Under the pieces are notes generated by a model. That model did no database searches, was not told the DNA's origin, and saw only the letters and a list, made by a program, of their open reading frames with translations. 64,000 nucleotides of DNA from Blastocatellia bacterium (lineage in GTDB: Bacteria > Acidobacteriota > Blastocatellia > UBA7656): assembly GCA_035315885.1 (NCBI GenBank), contig DATFXM010000194.1, forward strand, positions 172,825 through 236,824, given 5' to 3'. Numbering within the stretch: the stretch's first letter is position 1; each line of letters begins with the position of its first letter. A program made the translations under genes and the position numbers. Shown one piece after another: positions 8,771-18,566 of this stretch.

Positions 8771-10762
8771 ATGTCTAAGCGAAATAAATCGAAAACACCA
8801 AAGAAACCCGCAACCAAAGAGCAAACTCCAAAAAAACGCGAGGCGGTGGGCCTTTCGCGTAAGCTGGTTCTGACGTTGGTGCTCGGAGTCACGATCATCG
8901 GTTTCGGTAACACGATTTTCAACGGGTTCGCTTACGACGATAACACGCAGATCCTCGAGAGCGAACTGATAAGGAACTTTGCAAATCTGAAGAAGGCGTT
9001 GGTAACCGATGTCTGGTTCTGGCGAGCGGAACAGGACAAGGATCCCTTAAAAGAAGCCGGGCCGAGCACGCCGTATTACCGCCCGATATTCATAATCTAT
9101 CTGATGATCGGATGGCACCTGTTTGGAACGTGGGCAGCCGGCTGGCACATGGCCAACATCCTCGTCCACCTGCTCGCGGTTTATCTGGCCTTCCTGTTGA
9201 TTGAACGGATCTCAAAGGACTATCGGCTCGCGGGATTGGCGAGCCTGATCTTTGCCATTCACCCTCTCCGCAGCGAATCCGTCGCATGGATAAGCGGCGT
9301 GACAGACCCGCTGCTGGCAGTGCTGCTGCTGTCGTCCTTTTATTTGTTCCTCAAATATCGAGAAGAGCGAAAAGGCAAGTTTTATGTCTGGTCGCTCGTG
9401 CTTTCAGCGTTCGCGTCGTTTTCGAAAGAACCGGCGGCATGCCTGCCGATGATGGTAATGGCGTACGAGTTGTTTCTCGCGAATCAGGACAAGCCGTTCC
9501 GCGTGCGATGGCAGATCTCGGTTCAGCACTTTTCCGGATTCGCCTTGATATCGGCTTCGTACTTCCTGATGAGGCAGCGGGCGCTCGGATTTGTATTGTC
9601 AGATCCGCACTTTTCGCCTCATTCGCCGGTCCATGCGGTGCTGACAATTCCGATTGCGATCTGGAAGTACATTGCTCTGTGGATCTGGCCTGCAGATTTG
9701 AGCCTGTTTCACTACACCCCGCTGGTCACCAGTGTTCTGAGCTTCAGGTTCATCTTGCCATTCATTGCACTGGTTGCGCTGGTTGCGGCGCTGGCGCCTC
9801 TATGGAAATCCCGACTGACCCGGTTCGCGTTGATCTGGTCTGTAATCAACCTGCTGCCGGTATTGAACCTCAGCGCCTTCTCCGAAGATCACTTGATCCA
9901 GGAACGCTATATCTATGTTCCTTCGATCGGATTCTCGATGCTGGTTGCGATCGGATTGATGAAGCTTCCGCAGTTGAAATGGTCTTCGGCGACGTTGAGA
10001 CGCACGGCGGTTACTGCCTCGATTGTAGTCTTGTGTCTTGTGCTCACTGGAAAGACGATGGCACAGAACGAAGTCTGGAGGGACGACACAAGTCTGTGGA
10101 GTCACGGTACCGAGGTGGCGCCGGATGAGCGCGCACCGCACTTTATACTGGGCTTTCACGAATTGAAACTGGAGCACTACGACCTGGCTGCGCAGCAGTT
10201 TGAGCAATACCTCAAGCTGAAGCCAAACAGCGTCATCGTTCTGAGCAATCTCGCGGCTATCAACCTGTTCAAATACCAGAACCAGGCCGCGGTGAATCGA
10301 TCTGGCGCCGATCGCGCGCTGCTGGACCGGGCGATTGCGCTTTCGGAAAAAGGGCTGGCGCTGGCCAGTCTGGGTCCGCTCTGGGACACGCTGGGCACTT
10401 GTTATACGTTCGATACGGACTTCAAGAATCTGGATCGAGCGCTTGCGTGTTATCAGCGGGGCCTTCTCGAAGAGCCGGACAACGCGATGTTGGTGTTTCA
10501 CACGGGTGCGACCTATTTGAAGAAGGGAGACTACGATCAGTCGCTGCGATATCTGCAGACGGCCCGCGATCGTCAGCCGAATCTGGCAGACGTTTACAAG
10601 ATGATCGCGTATGCGGAACAGGGTAAGGGACAGATTCAGGCGGCGATCGACGACTTCAACCGTTATCTGCAACTTCGTCCCGAGGCATTGGACGCACCTA
10701 AGGTCGCCGAAGACATCAAGAGCTTGCGAGCACAGTTGCAACAAGCTAACGGGCAGAGTTAA
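8771..10762 (+). CDS. GT-C-fold membrane protein with C-terminal TPR repeats (TMTC/PMT-like protein O-mannosyltransferase family).
   Basis: Lys-rich N-terminus. An FNGFAYDD motif lies in the first loop. About 11 TM helices span to ~aa 420. TPR repeats fill the C-terminal ~230 aa (YLKLKPNS..., YLKKGDYDQSLRYL..., YAEQGKGQIQAAID). Confidence 0.7.
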   Translation: MSKRNKSKTPKKPATKEQTPKKREAVGLSRKLVLTLVLGVTIIGFGNTIFNGFAYDDNTQILESELIRNFANLKKALVTDVWFWRAEQDKDPLKEAGPSTPYYRPIFIIYLMIGWHLFGTWAAGWHMANILVHLLAVYLAFLLIERISKDYRLAGLASLIFAIHPLRSESVAWISGVTDPLLAVLLLSSFYLFLKYREERKGKFYVWSLVLSAFASFSKEPAACLPMMVMAYELFLANQDKPFRVRWQISVQHFSGFALISASYFLMRQRALGFVLSDPHFSPHSPVHAVLTIPIAIWKYIALWIWPADLSLFHYTPLVTSVLSFRFILPFIALVALVAALAPLWKSRLTRFALIWSVINLLPVLNLSAFSEDHLIQERYIYVPSIGFSMLVAIGLMKLPQLKWSSATLRRTAVTASIVVLCLVLTGKTMAQNEVWRDDTSLWSHGTEVAPDERAPHFILGFHELKLEHYDLAAQQFEQYLKLKPNSVIVLSNLAAINLFKYQNQAAVNRSGADRALLDRAIALSEKGLALASLGPLWDTLGTCYTFDTDFKNLDRALACYQRGLLEEPDNAMLVFHTGATYLKKGDYDQSLRYLQTARDRQPNLADVYKMIAYAEQGKGQIQAAIDDFNRYLQLRPEALDAPKVAEDIKSLRAQLQQANGQS

Positions 10763-10812
10763 CAGAAGTAGGCAGTATGCATACTGCCTACTGCCTACTG
10801 CCTACCACTTTC
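10763..10812. repeat. Palindromic heptamer element (ggcagta/tactgcc) between convergent genes.
   Basis: The sequence gtaggcagtatgcatactgcctactgcctactgcctacc is a perfect palindrome around gcatac. Confidence 0.8.
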
Positions 10813-12299
10813 AGCGCTGATTGTACCGCGGCTTTCAAACCCTCGAGTGTCTTGTCTTTTACTTTCCGGCCATTCACAAACACAGTTGGAGTCGAACTCA
10901 CTCCGGCGGCGGTACCGTCGCGCAGGTCCTTCTTGACTGCCGCAGCGTATTGCCCCGATGCCAGCGCTTTATCAAACGCAGCTCGGTCCAGTCCCAGCCT
11001 CGTTGCATACTCCTTCAGGTTCACGACCTCCAACGCATTCTGGTTTTGAAACAGAAGCGCCGTGTACTCCCAGTACTTGCCCTGCGCTCGCGCTGCCTCC
11101 GCGGCCTCCGCCGCCTTCGCTGCGTAAGCATGCTGATCGAGCGGGAAATCCCGAACTACAAGCTTAACCTTGTCCCCAATCTCGTTCATCAACTGCTCGA
11201 GTACCGGCTGTGTTCGTCCACAACTCGGACATTGAAAATCTGTGAATTCAATTATCACTACCTGTGCGTTCGGATTCCCTTTCCACGGCCGATCGTCGAT
11301 CGAGATGTTGTAGTAGGGCGCTTCGGGTTCAATCAGGTTGTCCTTGAGATTTGCCGTAGTCCGAAGCTTCCCCGCAAAAGCGGTGGCCGCATTCGTCTGC
11401 TCCTGCCCCTCCAGATACTCCACGATCTGCTGCCGAACCTGCACGTAACCGCCTTGAATCCTGTCACGATTCTGCTCGTAAAAAGTCCGCGCATCGGTCT
11501 CTCGCACCGGCTTGATGAGCGGCGCAATCTCAGCTTCGTACAACGAGTCTGCCGACAGATTCCGCTTCTTCGCCTCCTGCTCCAGAAGCAGGCTGTTTAT
11601 CCGCGCGTCGAGCTGCCCCCGCCGTAGCGTGTAGATCTCTTCCTGAGCATCGTAGATCACCGAACGAAGCGCGTCCTCGAGATCTCCCGCAGTTATAGGT
11701 TTGCCCGTCACCGTAGCCAACACCCGCGCGCGCTCCGCATCGTTCTTCGGAGGCGCGGCCGTCGCGACAAGCACCCGCACTTGATAGGACTCTGTGAGAC
11801 CAGCGGCAAATTTGTTTATCAGCTCCTGCCGGCGCTGGTCCCTGAGATAGCTGATGATGCTTGGCTTCCATTCGCTGAATTCACCCTGAATGTTCGCTTT
11901 GTTCTGGTCGTAGTAGGCCCTCGCTTCGGCTTCGGTTGGTTCCTTCAAGGTAGAAACGACCTGTTGCTCAAGCTGGTCAATCGTAACGCCTCGTTTCGCT
12001 GCCTCCGCATCCATTACTCTTTTTCTGAGCTGGTTCTCCAACTCGCGGCTTCTCGCTTCGGCTACTTGTTTGCGCAGTTCGGCGATACGAACCTTGATCT
12101 CGTAGTCCACCATTTCCCGAGTTATCTTTGCACCGTTCACCGTTGCCAGAACGTCAGACGGAATCCCCGGATCGCAACCGCAATCAGGTTGGGGTTGCGG
12201 GTTTGCTTGCGCGGTCTGCACCGCTTCAATTCTCCCACCACCATAAGCGAGCCCACCGGACATCGCCAGCACCAGAACACTCGACAAATACTTCTTCAT
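10788..12299 (-). CDS. Secreted SurA-N-like chaperone domains fused to a DsbA-family thioredoxin domain.
   Basis: Signal peptide MKKYLSSVLVLAMSGGLAYG. Two helical SurA_N-like segments. A C-terminal thioredoxin fold with a CPSC active site (FTDFQCPSCGRT). Confidence 0.7.
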   Translation of the reverse strand: MKKYLSSVLVLAMSGGLAYGGGRIEAVQTAQANPQPQPDCGCDPGIPSDVLATVNGAKITREMVDYEIKVRIAELRKQVAEARSRELENQLRKRVMDAEAAKRGVTIDQLEQQVVSTLKEPTEAEARAYYDQNKANIQGEFSEWKPSIISYLRDQRRQELINKFAAGLTESYQVRVLVATAAPPKNDAERARVLATVTGKPITAGDLEDALRSVIYDAQEEIYTLRRGQLDARINSLLLEQEAKKRNLSADSLYEAEIAPLIKPVRETDARTFYEQNRDRIQGGYVQVRQQIVEYLEGQEQTNAATAFAGKLRTTANLKDNLIEPEAPYYNISIDDRPWKGNPNAQVVIIEFTDFQCPSCGRTQPVLEQLMNEIGDKVKLVVRDFPLDQHAYAAKAAEAAEAARAQGKYWEYTALLFQNQNALEVVNLKEYATRLGLDRAAFDKALASGQYAAAVKKDLRDGTAAGVSSTPTVFVNGRKVKDKTLEGLKAAVQSALKVVGSRQ

Positions 12300-12320
12300 C
12301 CTGCCTCCACAGCGGCCCGA

Positions 12321-13997
12321 TCACATGTTTCGATAATTCGGACCGCCGCCTCCTTCGGGAGTGACCCAGTCAATTATCTGATAAGGATCCATGATGTCGC
12401 ACGTCTTGCAGTGAACACAGTTCGAAAAATTGATCTGAAGCCTTCTGTTGTTCTGACTAGTATCCACCATCTCGTAGACGTTCGCCGGACAAAAATTCTG
12501 GCACGGGTTGCCGTACTCCGCGGTACATTTGTTCACGCATACGCTCAAATCGAGTACCCTGAGATGACACGGCTGATCTTCGTCGTGATGGGTGCTCGAG
12601 TAATATACGTCGGTCAGCTTTGGTATCGTAAGCTTGTCGTCGTACTTCAAGTCAGCGTAACGATCGCTTTGGTTCGCTCCGAGCTTCTCCATGTGCTCGT
12701 GGCCCGCCTTGATCGCCAATTTTCCGGGCAATCGCCCTCCGGTAATCGTTGAGATTCCGGCGAGCATGAGACCAGCCATTCTCCCCCCGTCGAAGCCCTG
12801 GTGGAAGTTTCGCGACTTCTCGAGCTCGCGACCAACATAGCTCTTTCTGAGCCGAGTCTCATAAGCTCCGAGAGTCTTGCGTGAAAAGTCACCCGCTACC
12901 AAGGCTTCGAGTATCGTCTCCGCGGCGAGCATGCCTGCCTTAATCGCTATATGGATGCCCTTCAAACGTTCGCCGTTCAACATGCCCCCCGAGTCGCCGA
13001 CAATCATAACTCCCTCGGAGGTAAGCAAAGGCATCGTGTACCATCCGCCTACCGGCATCGCCTTCGCCCCATAACGGATAAGCTTGCAGTCCTTCAACAG
13101 TTCACTGATCAGCGGGTGAGTTTTGAATAGCTGGAACTCGTGATGAGGATCGATTCGCGGATCTCGATAGTCAAGTCCAACCGCAAGACCCACGTCTATG
13201 ATGCGATCGCGCATACCGTAGATCCACGAACCTCCGAACGTGTGCGAGTCAAGCGGCCAACCCAGCGTGTGTATCACGGAGCCTGGCGGAAAACGGTCGT
13301 CCGGCGCTTCCCAAAGTTCCTTGACCCCCACCGAGTACACCTGGGGATCGCGCTCTGAATCGAGCTTCAAACGCCTCACGAGTTGCTTTGTGAGCGACCC
13401 GCGGACGCCTTCTCCCAGCACGGTAACCTTCGCCTGGATATCGACCCCAGGCTCGAAGTTTGGCTTTGGCTCGCCGTTCTTGTCTAAACCTTTGTCGCCG
13501 GTGCGAACGCCGATCACTGCGTCTCCGTTGTACAGGACTTCGGCGCCGGGAAACTCAGGAAAGATGTTTACTCCGGCTGCCTCGCACTTCTCGCCCATCC
13601 AGCGCACCAGTTTGTTGAGTGAGACAACGTAGTTCCCATGGTTGCGCAGAGGCGGTGGAAGAATTGGCAGCTCGAATTTGCCGCCGGCCGACAGGAAATA
13701 GACGTGCTCTTCCCCGACGGGCGCTTCGAAAGGGGCGCCTTCCTTATCGAAGTCGGGAACAAGCTCGCGCAGGCTTATTGGATCCAGCACCGCCCCGGAC
13801 AATTGATGGGCGCCGATTTCCGCAGCCTTTTCGATGACTGCAATATTGATTTCGCCGAGCTTCGTTGCTCCGGTGCTAGCGGCCGTTTCGTCGTGTTTCG
13901 ATACCAGGTTAGCGAGGTGAAGCGCACAAGAAAGGTTTGCCGGCCCGGCCCCCACCAGCAGGACATCCATTTCCAGCGTTTCGCGTTCGATGGGCAT
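12321..13997 (-). CDS. Electron-transferring-flavoprotein:ubiquinone oxidoreductase (ETF-QO).
   Basis: FAD motif DVLLVGAGPANLSCALHL. A C-terminal 4Fe-4S motif CVHCKTCDI...NY. Confidence 0.85.
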   Translation of the reverse strand: MPIERETLEMDVLLVGAGPANLSCALHLANLVSKHDETAASTGATKLGEINIAVIEKAAEIGAHQLSGAVLDPISLRELVPDFDKEGAPFEAPVGEEHVYFLSAGGKFELPILPPPLRNHGNYVVSLNKLVRWMGEKCEAAGVNIFPEFPGAEVLYNGDAVIGVRTGDKGLDKNGEPKPNFEPGVDIQAKVTVLGEGVRGSLTKQLVRRLKLDSERDPQVYSVGVKELWEAPDDRFPPGSVIHTLGWPLDSHTFGGSWIYGMRDRIIDVGLAVGLDYRDPRIDPHHEFQLFKTHPLISELLKDCKLIRYGAKAMPVGGWYTMPLLTSEGVMIVGDSGGMLNGERLKGIHIAIKAGMLAAETILEALVAGDFSRKTLGAYETRLRKSYVGRELEKSRNFHQGFDGGRMAGLMLAGISTITGGRLPGKLAIKAGHEHMEKLGANQSDRYADLKYDDKLTIPKLTDVYYSSTHHDEDQPCHLRVLDLSVCVNKCTAEYGNPCQNFCPANVYEMVDTSQNNRRLQINFSNCVHCKTCDIMDPYQIIDWVTPEGGGGPNYRNM

Positions 13998-14137
13998 GAT
14001 TGGTTTCTGGTTTCTGGTTCCTGGTTTACGGTTCCACCTTGCCGATTGCTCGCAGCCCGGGCTGTTCGTCGCATTGACTCACGTTTCGGACACCAGAACC
14101 GGACCAGAAACCAGGAACGAGAAACCAGGGAACTCAG
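13998..14137. repeat. Palindromic heptamer element (ggtttct/agaaacc).
   Basis: Left arm ggtttctggtttctggttcctggtttacggttcc. Right arm ccagaaccggaccagaaaccaggaacgagaaaccagg. Confidence 0.8.
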
Positions 14138-15133
14138 TCAACTGTTTTCCTTTGCTTTGGCGATCTCGGCGGTCAGGGCGGGAACAATTTCAAACAGATC
14201 TCCGACGACTCCGTAGTCGGCAATGTCGAAGATCGGGGCCTCCGGATCCTTGTTGATCGCGACTATCGTTTGAGAGTTCTTCATACCCACGACGTGCTGG
14301 ATCGCGCCTGAGATTCCTACCGCCAGGTAAAGCTTGGGCGCGACTGTTTGACCAGAACTGCCAATCTGGCGATCCATCGGCAGCCACTCGTTGTCGCAGA
14401 TTGGTCGCGAGGCTGCAAGCTCAGCGCCCAGCGTGTCGGCGAGCTTCTGCACCAGCTCGAGGTTCTCCTGCGCCTTGATCCCACGGCCGACCGCCACGAT
14501 CAACGGCGCCTGCGTCAGATCGACTGCCTGCTTTGCTTCCTGGAACTTCTGTTCGGGCACGCTGCGGATGTTCGCCCCAGCCATATCGACTTGCAGCGGA
14601 GTCACAGGCGCCGCAGAGCTGCCGCTTTCGGCCTTATCCGCTCGATAAGAACCCGACTGGAACGATGCAAACACCGGAGGCGCCGCCGCCACGCGGACGT
14701 CCGTGGTTATCTTGCCCTGAAACACCTGTCGCGTGAAAACAACGTCGCCGCCATCTACCTTCACGCCTATGCAATCGGTGACGAATGTTTTGCCGAGAGC
14801 CGAGGCGAGGATTGGTGCAAAGTCTCTGGTCTGGTAGGTATGACTCAGGATCACGAAGCGCGGGTCCAGTTTCTGCAGGACCTGCTTGAGCGCCCAGACG
14901 TACCCGTCGGGTGTATATTCGGCGAGCTTTTGATCCTCGACGGTGTAGACTCCTTCGAGTTTCTTTCCGGCAACTTCGCCGGCCACCGAAGCAATACCCG
15001 ACCCGAGCACCACTGCTGAGAGCTTCTGATTCAGATCGGTGGAAATTGCCTGTGCGGCGACCAGTGCTTCGAGAGACGTCTTGTTCAGGGCTCCGTCGCG
15101 CTGTTCCGCTATTAAGAGAATCCCGTCACTCAT
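14138..15133 (-). CDS. etfA: Electron transfer flavoprotein alpha subunit.
   Basis: The ILLIAEQRDG N-terminus and FAD-binding C-terminal region (AVGISGAIQHVVGM) are typical of EtfA. Confidence 0.85.
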   Translation of the reverse strand: MSDGILLIAEQRDGALNKTSLEALVAAQAISTDLNQKLSAVVLGSGIASVAGEVAGKKLEGVYTVEDQKLAEYTPDGYVWALKQVLQKLDPRFVILSHTYQTRDFAPILASALGKTFVTDCIGVKVDGGDVVFTRQVFQGKITTDVRVAAAPPVFASFQSGSYRADKAESGSSAAPVTPLQVDMAGANIRSVPEQKFQEAKQAVDLTQAPLIVAVGRGIKAQENLELVQKLADTLGAELAASRPICDNEWLPMDRQIGSSGQTVAPKLYLAVGISGAIQHVVGMKNSQTIVAINKDPEAPIFDIADYGVVGDLFEIVPALTAEIAKAKENS

Positions 15134-15164
15134 TTATTCCCCTCAAAATGTCTCAAACAATCGA

Positions 15165-15947
15165 TTACATCACGCGGGCTTCAAATCGCAGCTTCTCAAC
15201 CAACTTCGCGGCGACCTCAGCAGGCTTCCCTTCGAGCATCTCTGTCCGCTTGGTCTTCTCGGGCAGATAAGCCCGCTCCACGGTCTGTGCGGGCTTGAGG
15301 TCTTCCGCGGTCAATCCAAGGTCCGCAGCCTTGACGTCGCGAATCTCTTTCTTCTTCGCCGCCATGATTCCCTTCAGCGTCGCGTAACGTAGCTGGTTGA
15401 TACCAGATTGAATCGTCAAAAGCGCGGGAATCGGAAGCCGCACCCACTGGAACCAGCCGCTCTCCAGTTCGCGCTTTACCCTGACCGAACCTTCCTCAGG
15501 CTGAACCTCCATCACGATTGTAGCGCTCGCCAAATTGAGCTGCTGCGCCAGTATCAAGCCAACCTGCGCAAAGCCATGATCGTCCGACTGCAGCCCGGTG
15601 AATACCAGATCGTACTTCTCGTTCTTTAGCGCGCCGGCGATCGCCTTCGCGATTGCCGCAGCGTCGGTAGCCGCGTCAAACAACGGATCCTGCAAATGGA
15701 TGGCGCGATCCGCGCCTTTTGCCAACGCTTCCTTTATCGACTGCCGCACGCGCTCCGGACCAAGGCTGATGACGATCACCTCACCGCCGTGCTTTTCCTT
15801 CTGCCGAAGAGCTTCCTCCAGCGCATACGCGTCGGCCTCGCTCATTTCGTAGCTGAGGTCCCGTTCATCGATCCACTTGTGATCCGCGGCGATCCTCAGG
15901 ATCGAATCCTTCTTCGGGACCTGCTTCAGACACACAACAATGTTCAT
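15165..15947 (-). CDS. etfB: Electron transfer flavoprotein beta subunit.
   Basis: MNIVVCLKQVPKKDS... follows the canonical EtfB pattern. Confidence 0.85.
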   Translation of the reverse strand: MNIVVCLKQVPKKDSILRIAADHKWIDERDLSYEMSEADAYALEEALRQKEKHGGEVIVISLGPERVRQSIKEALAKGADRAIHLQDPLFDAATDAAAIAKAIAGALKNEKYDLVFTGLQSDDHGFAQVGLILAQQLNLASATIVMEVQPEEGSVRVKRELESGWFQWVRLPIPALLTIQSGINQLRYATLKGIMAAKKKEIRDVKAADLGLTAEDLKPAQTVERAYLPEKTKRTEMLEGKPAEVAAKLVEKLRFEARVM

Positions 15948-16043
15948 AAGCGTCCTTCCATCAGATTGTGATCGGACTGGCTTTGGCCGGAATTGACGGG
16001 TAACGGAAGTCGCTCGGCCGCCTGTTGAAAGCCGGCCGCAGTC

Positions 16044-17294
16044 TTATCTGGTTCCGTTTTCGAATCTCTTCATCAACAGCGCCGCGTTCGTTCCTCCGAA
16101 CCCGAACGAATTCGAAAGCGCGTACCGGATCGGCCTCCGACGCCCCGCACTTGGAACGTAGTCCAGGTCGCACTCCGGATCCGGCTTCTCATAGTTGGCC
16201 GTTGGAGGCGCGATCTGATTGTACAGAGCGAGCGCGATAACGCCCGCCTCAACACCACCCGCGGCGCCCAGCAGATGCCCCATCATCGACTTCGTCGAGC
16301 TTATCGGGATCGAATAGGCCGAATCGCCAAAAACCTTCTTGATCGCCATCGTCTCGAGCTTGTCGTTGTAGTAAGTGGACGTGCCGTGTGCGTTGATGTA
16401 GTCGACTTCGTGAGGGTTTATTCCAGCATCGCGAACCGCGTTTTGCATCACGCGTACCGCACCGTCCCCATCTTCCGAAGGCTGGGTTATGTGGAACGCA
16501 TCGCTGGACATCCCGTAGCCCACCATCTCCGCATAAATTCTCGCGCCTCGTGCCTGAGCGTGTTCGAGATCTTCCAGCAGCAAAACACCCGCACCTTCAC
16601 CGATTACAAAACCATCCCGGTCTGCATCAAACGGACGGCTGGCGCGAGTAGGTTCGTCGTTCCGCGTAGAGAGCGCCCTCATAGCCGCAAAACCGCCAAC
16701 GCCCATCGGAGTGATCGCGGCCTCAGCTCCTCCGCACAGCATCGCATCGGCATCCCCTCGCTGGATTATCTTGAAGCTGTCACCAACCGCGTGGGCGCCC
16801 GTCGAACAGGCGGTGCAAGTTGCTGAGTTCGGTCCCTTCAACCCGAACCTTATCGAGACCTGACCGGATGCCAGGTTGACGATGGCCGCCGGTATGAAGA
16901 AAGGCGAGATCTTGCCGGGCCCACCCTTGAGGAACTTTTCGTGTTCGCGTTCGATAACGCCGAACCCGCCGATGCCCGAGCCGATGTACACACCGCACCG
17001 AGTAGCGATCTCCTCGGTGACTTTCAACCCCGAGTCGTCCATCGCCTCCTGAGCCGCGGCGATCGCGTAGTGGATGAACGGGTCCATCTTCTTGATCTCC
17101 TTCTTCTCGATGAAGCTCAGGGGATCAAAGTTCTGGACTTCGCTTGCGATTCGCACAGGAAAGTTGGACGTTTCGAAGCGGGTGATCGGACCCACGCGGC
17201 TAACGCTCGCCAAAAGGTTCGACCACACCTCCTCCTTGACGTTTCCCGCCCCGCAGATCAGTCCGATACCGGTCACCACGACACGACGGTTCAA
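16044..17294 (-). CDS. fabF: 3-oxoacyl-ACP synthase II.
   Basis: [16 protein letters not shown]. An active-site Cys context ([12 protein letters not shown]). C-terminal [10 protein letters not shown] and [10 protein letters not shown] motifs. Confidence 0.9.
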   Translation of the reverse strand: MNRRVVVTGIGLICGAGNVKEEVWSNLLASVSRVGPITRFETSNFPVRIASEVQNFDPLSFIEKKEIKKMDPFIHYAIAAAQEAMDDSGLKVTEEIATRCGVYIGSGIGGFGVIEREHEKFLKGGPGKISPFFIPAAIVNLASGQVSIRFGLKGPNSATCTACSTGAHAVGDSFKIIQRGDADAMLCGGAEAAITPMGVGGFAAMRALSTRNDEPTRASRPFDADRDGFVIGEGAGVLLLEDLEHAQARGARIYAEMVGYGMSSDAFHITQPSEDGDGAVRVMQNAVRDAGINPHEVDYINAHGTSTYYNDKLETMAIKKVFGDSAYSIPISSTKSMMGHLLGAAGGVEAGVIALALYNQIAPPTANYEKPDPECDLDYVPSAGRRRPIRYALSNSFGFGGTNAALLMKRFENGTR

Positions 17295-17330
17295 GACAGC
17301 ACCTCCGCGTTTATCACCAACGCGAATTCC

Positions 17331-17573
17331 TCATTTCGCGTGCTTCTGGATGTACTCGACTGCGTCGCGCACGCTGGCAATTTTCTCTGCGTCTTCATCC
17401 GGAATCTCGATGTTGAACTCCTCTTCAAAACGCATCACCAACTCTACGGTGTCTAAAGAATCCGCGCCGAGATCGTCGATAAATCGGGCGTTTGGAGTCA
17501 CCTCCGCCTCGTCCACTCCCAGCTCATCGACAATGACTTGCTTCACTCTCTCTTCGATCGAACCTTCAGCCAT
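17331..17573 (-). CDS. acpP: Acyl carrier protein.
   Basis: An 80-aa ORF with the phosphopantetheine site [14 protein letters not shown]. Confidence 0.9.
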   Translation of the reverse strand: MAEGSIEERVKQVIVDELGVDEAEVTPNARFIDDLGADSLDTVELVMRFEEEFNIEIPDEDAEKIASVRDAVEYIQKHAK

Positions 17574-17633
17574 TTTCCAAAGCCCCTCCTAAGGTATTTC
17601 GCTCCTAAAAACCGAAACAGGGTACAGACCCGA

Positions 17634-18566
17634 TCATCGTTTCAGAGCCGCGAGGCTCGCGTCAAGCGACTGCGCGTCTTCGACGTTGAGAGCCTGACTC
17701 TCTCGACTGATCTGTCTGATCAATCCCGAAAGTACTTTGCCGGGCCCTAACTCAACAAAAGTACTCACGCCACGATCTATCAGCAGCCTTATCGATTCGG
17801 TCCATCGAACCGGCGAATCGACTTGAGCTATCAGGCAATGCCGCGCTTCGCTCCCCGATTGAATGATCGAAGCCTCAGCATTGGTAACCAGCGGCACCGC
17901 AAGATCTCGAAACTCGATCTCATTCAGAACCGGCTCGAGTCTGGCCGCCGCCGGCTTCATGAGCGCGCAATGAAACGGCGCACTCACCGGGAGCATCACT
18001 GCACGCTTTACTCCCCTCTCCTTCGCAAGCAAAACGGCCCGCTCGACCGCCGCGTGATGTCCCGCGATGACAATCTGGGTCGGCGAATTCAGATTCGCCG
18101 GCGAACAAACTCCCAGTTCGGACGCCTCGCGACAGATGTCCTCGACCACCTCGACTGACTGTCCGATAAGCGCCGCCATCGCGCCCTCGCCTGCCGGGAC
18201 GGCCTCCTGCATAAATTGCCCGCGCTTGCGAACGGCAGTCACTGCATCTTCGAAGTTCAATGATCCCGCCGCTACCAGTGCGCTGTACTCTCCAAGTGAA
18301 TGGCCTGCCACCACGTCAGGGTTTATTCCCTCGTGCTTGAGGGCGCTGAATGCCGCTACCGAAACCGTCAAGATCGCCGGCTGCGTGTTTGCGGTCAGTC
18401 TCAGGTCTTCTTCGGGTCCCTGAAAACAAAGGCCAGACAGATTCATGTCGAGCGCGCTGTCCGCCCTTGCGAAGACCTCTCGAGCCTGAGGCGAGCTCTC
18501 CCAGAGAGCCTTGCCCATTCCAACCTGCTGCGATCCCTGGCCAGGAAAAACGAATGCGGTCTTCAT
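17634..18566 (-). CDS. fabD: Malonyl-CoA:ACP transacylase.
   Basis: FVFPGQGSQQVGMG and GHSLGEYSALVAAG motifs. Confidence 0.9.
   Translation of the reverse strand: MKTAFVFPGQGSQQVGMGKALWESSPQAREVFARADSALDMNLSGLCFQGPEEDLRLTANTQPAILTVSVAAFSALKHEGINPDVVAGHSLGEYSALVAAGSLNFEDAVTAVRKRGQFMQEAVPAGEGAMAALIGQSVEVVEDICREASELGVCSPANLNSPTQIVIAGHHAAVERAVLLAKERGVKRAVMLPVSAPFHCALMKPAAARLEPVLNEIEFRDLAVPLVTNAEASIIQSGSEARHCLIAQVDSPVRWTESIRLLIDRGVSTFVELGPGKVLSGLIRQISRESQALNVEDAQSLDASLAALKR

Noticed and set aside
9286-10744. ORFs 9286..10128(+) and 9800..10744(-) inside the GT-C/TPR gene.
   Set aside because: They are Arg/Pro-rich alternative frames. The sense frame has coherent TM/TPR features.
10821-12752. Plus-strand ORFs 10821..11627 and 11781..12752 opposite the SurA/DsbA and ETF-QO genes.
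   Set aside because: Antisense shadow ORFs with low-complexity translations and no motifs.
14348-15019. 223-aa plus-strand ORF opposite etfA.
   Set aside because: A shadow ORF. etfA on the minus strand has clear family motifs.
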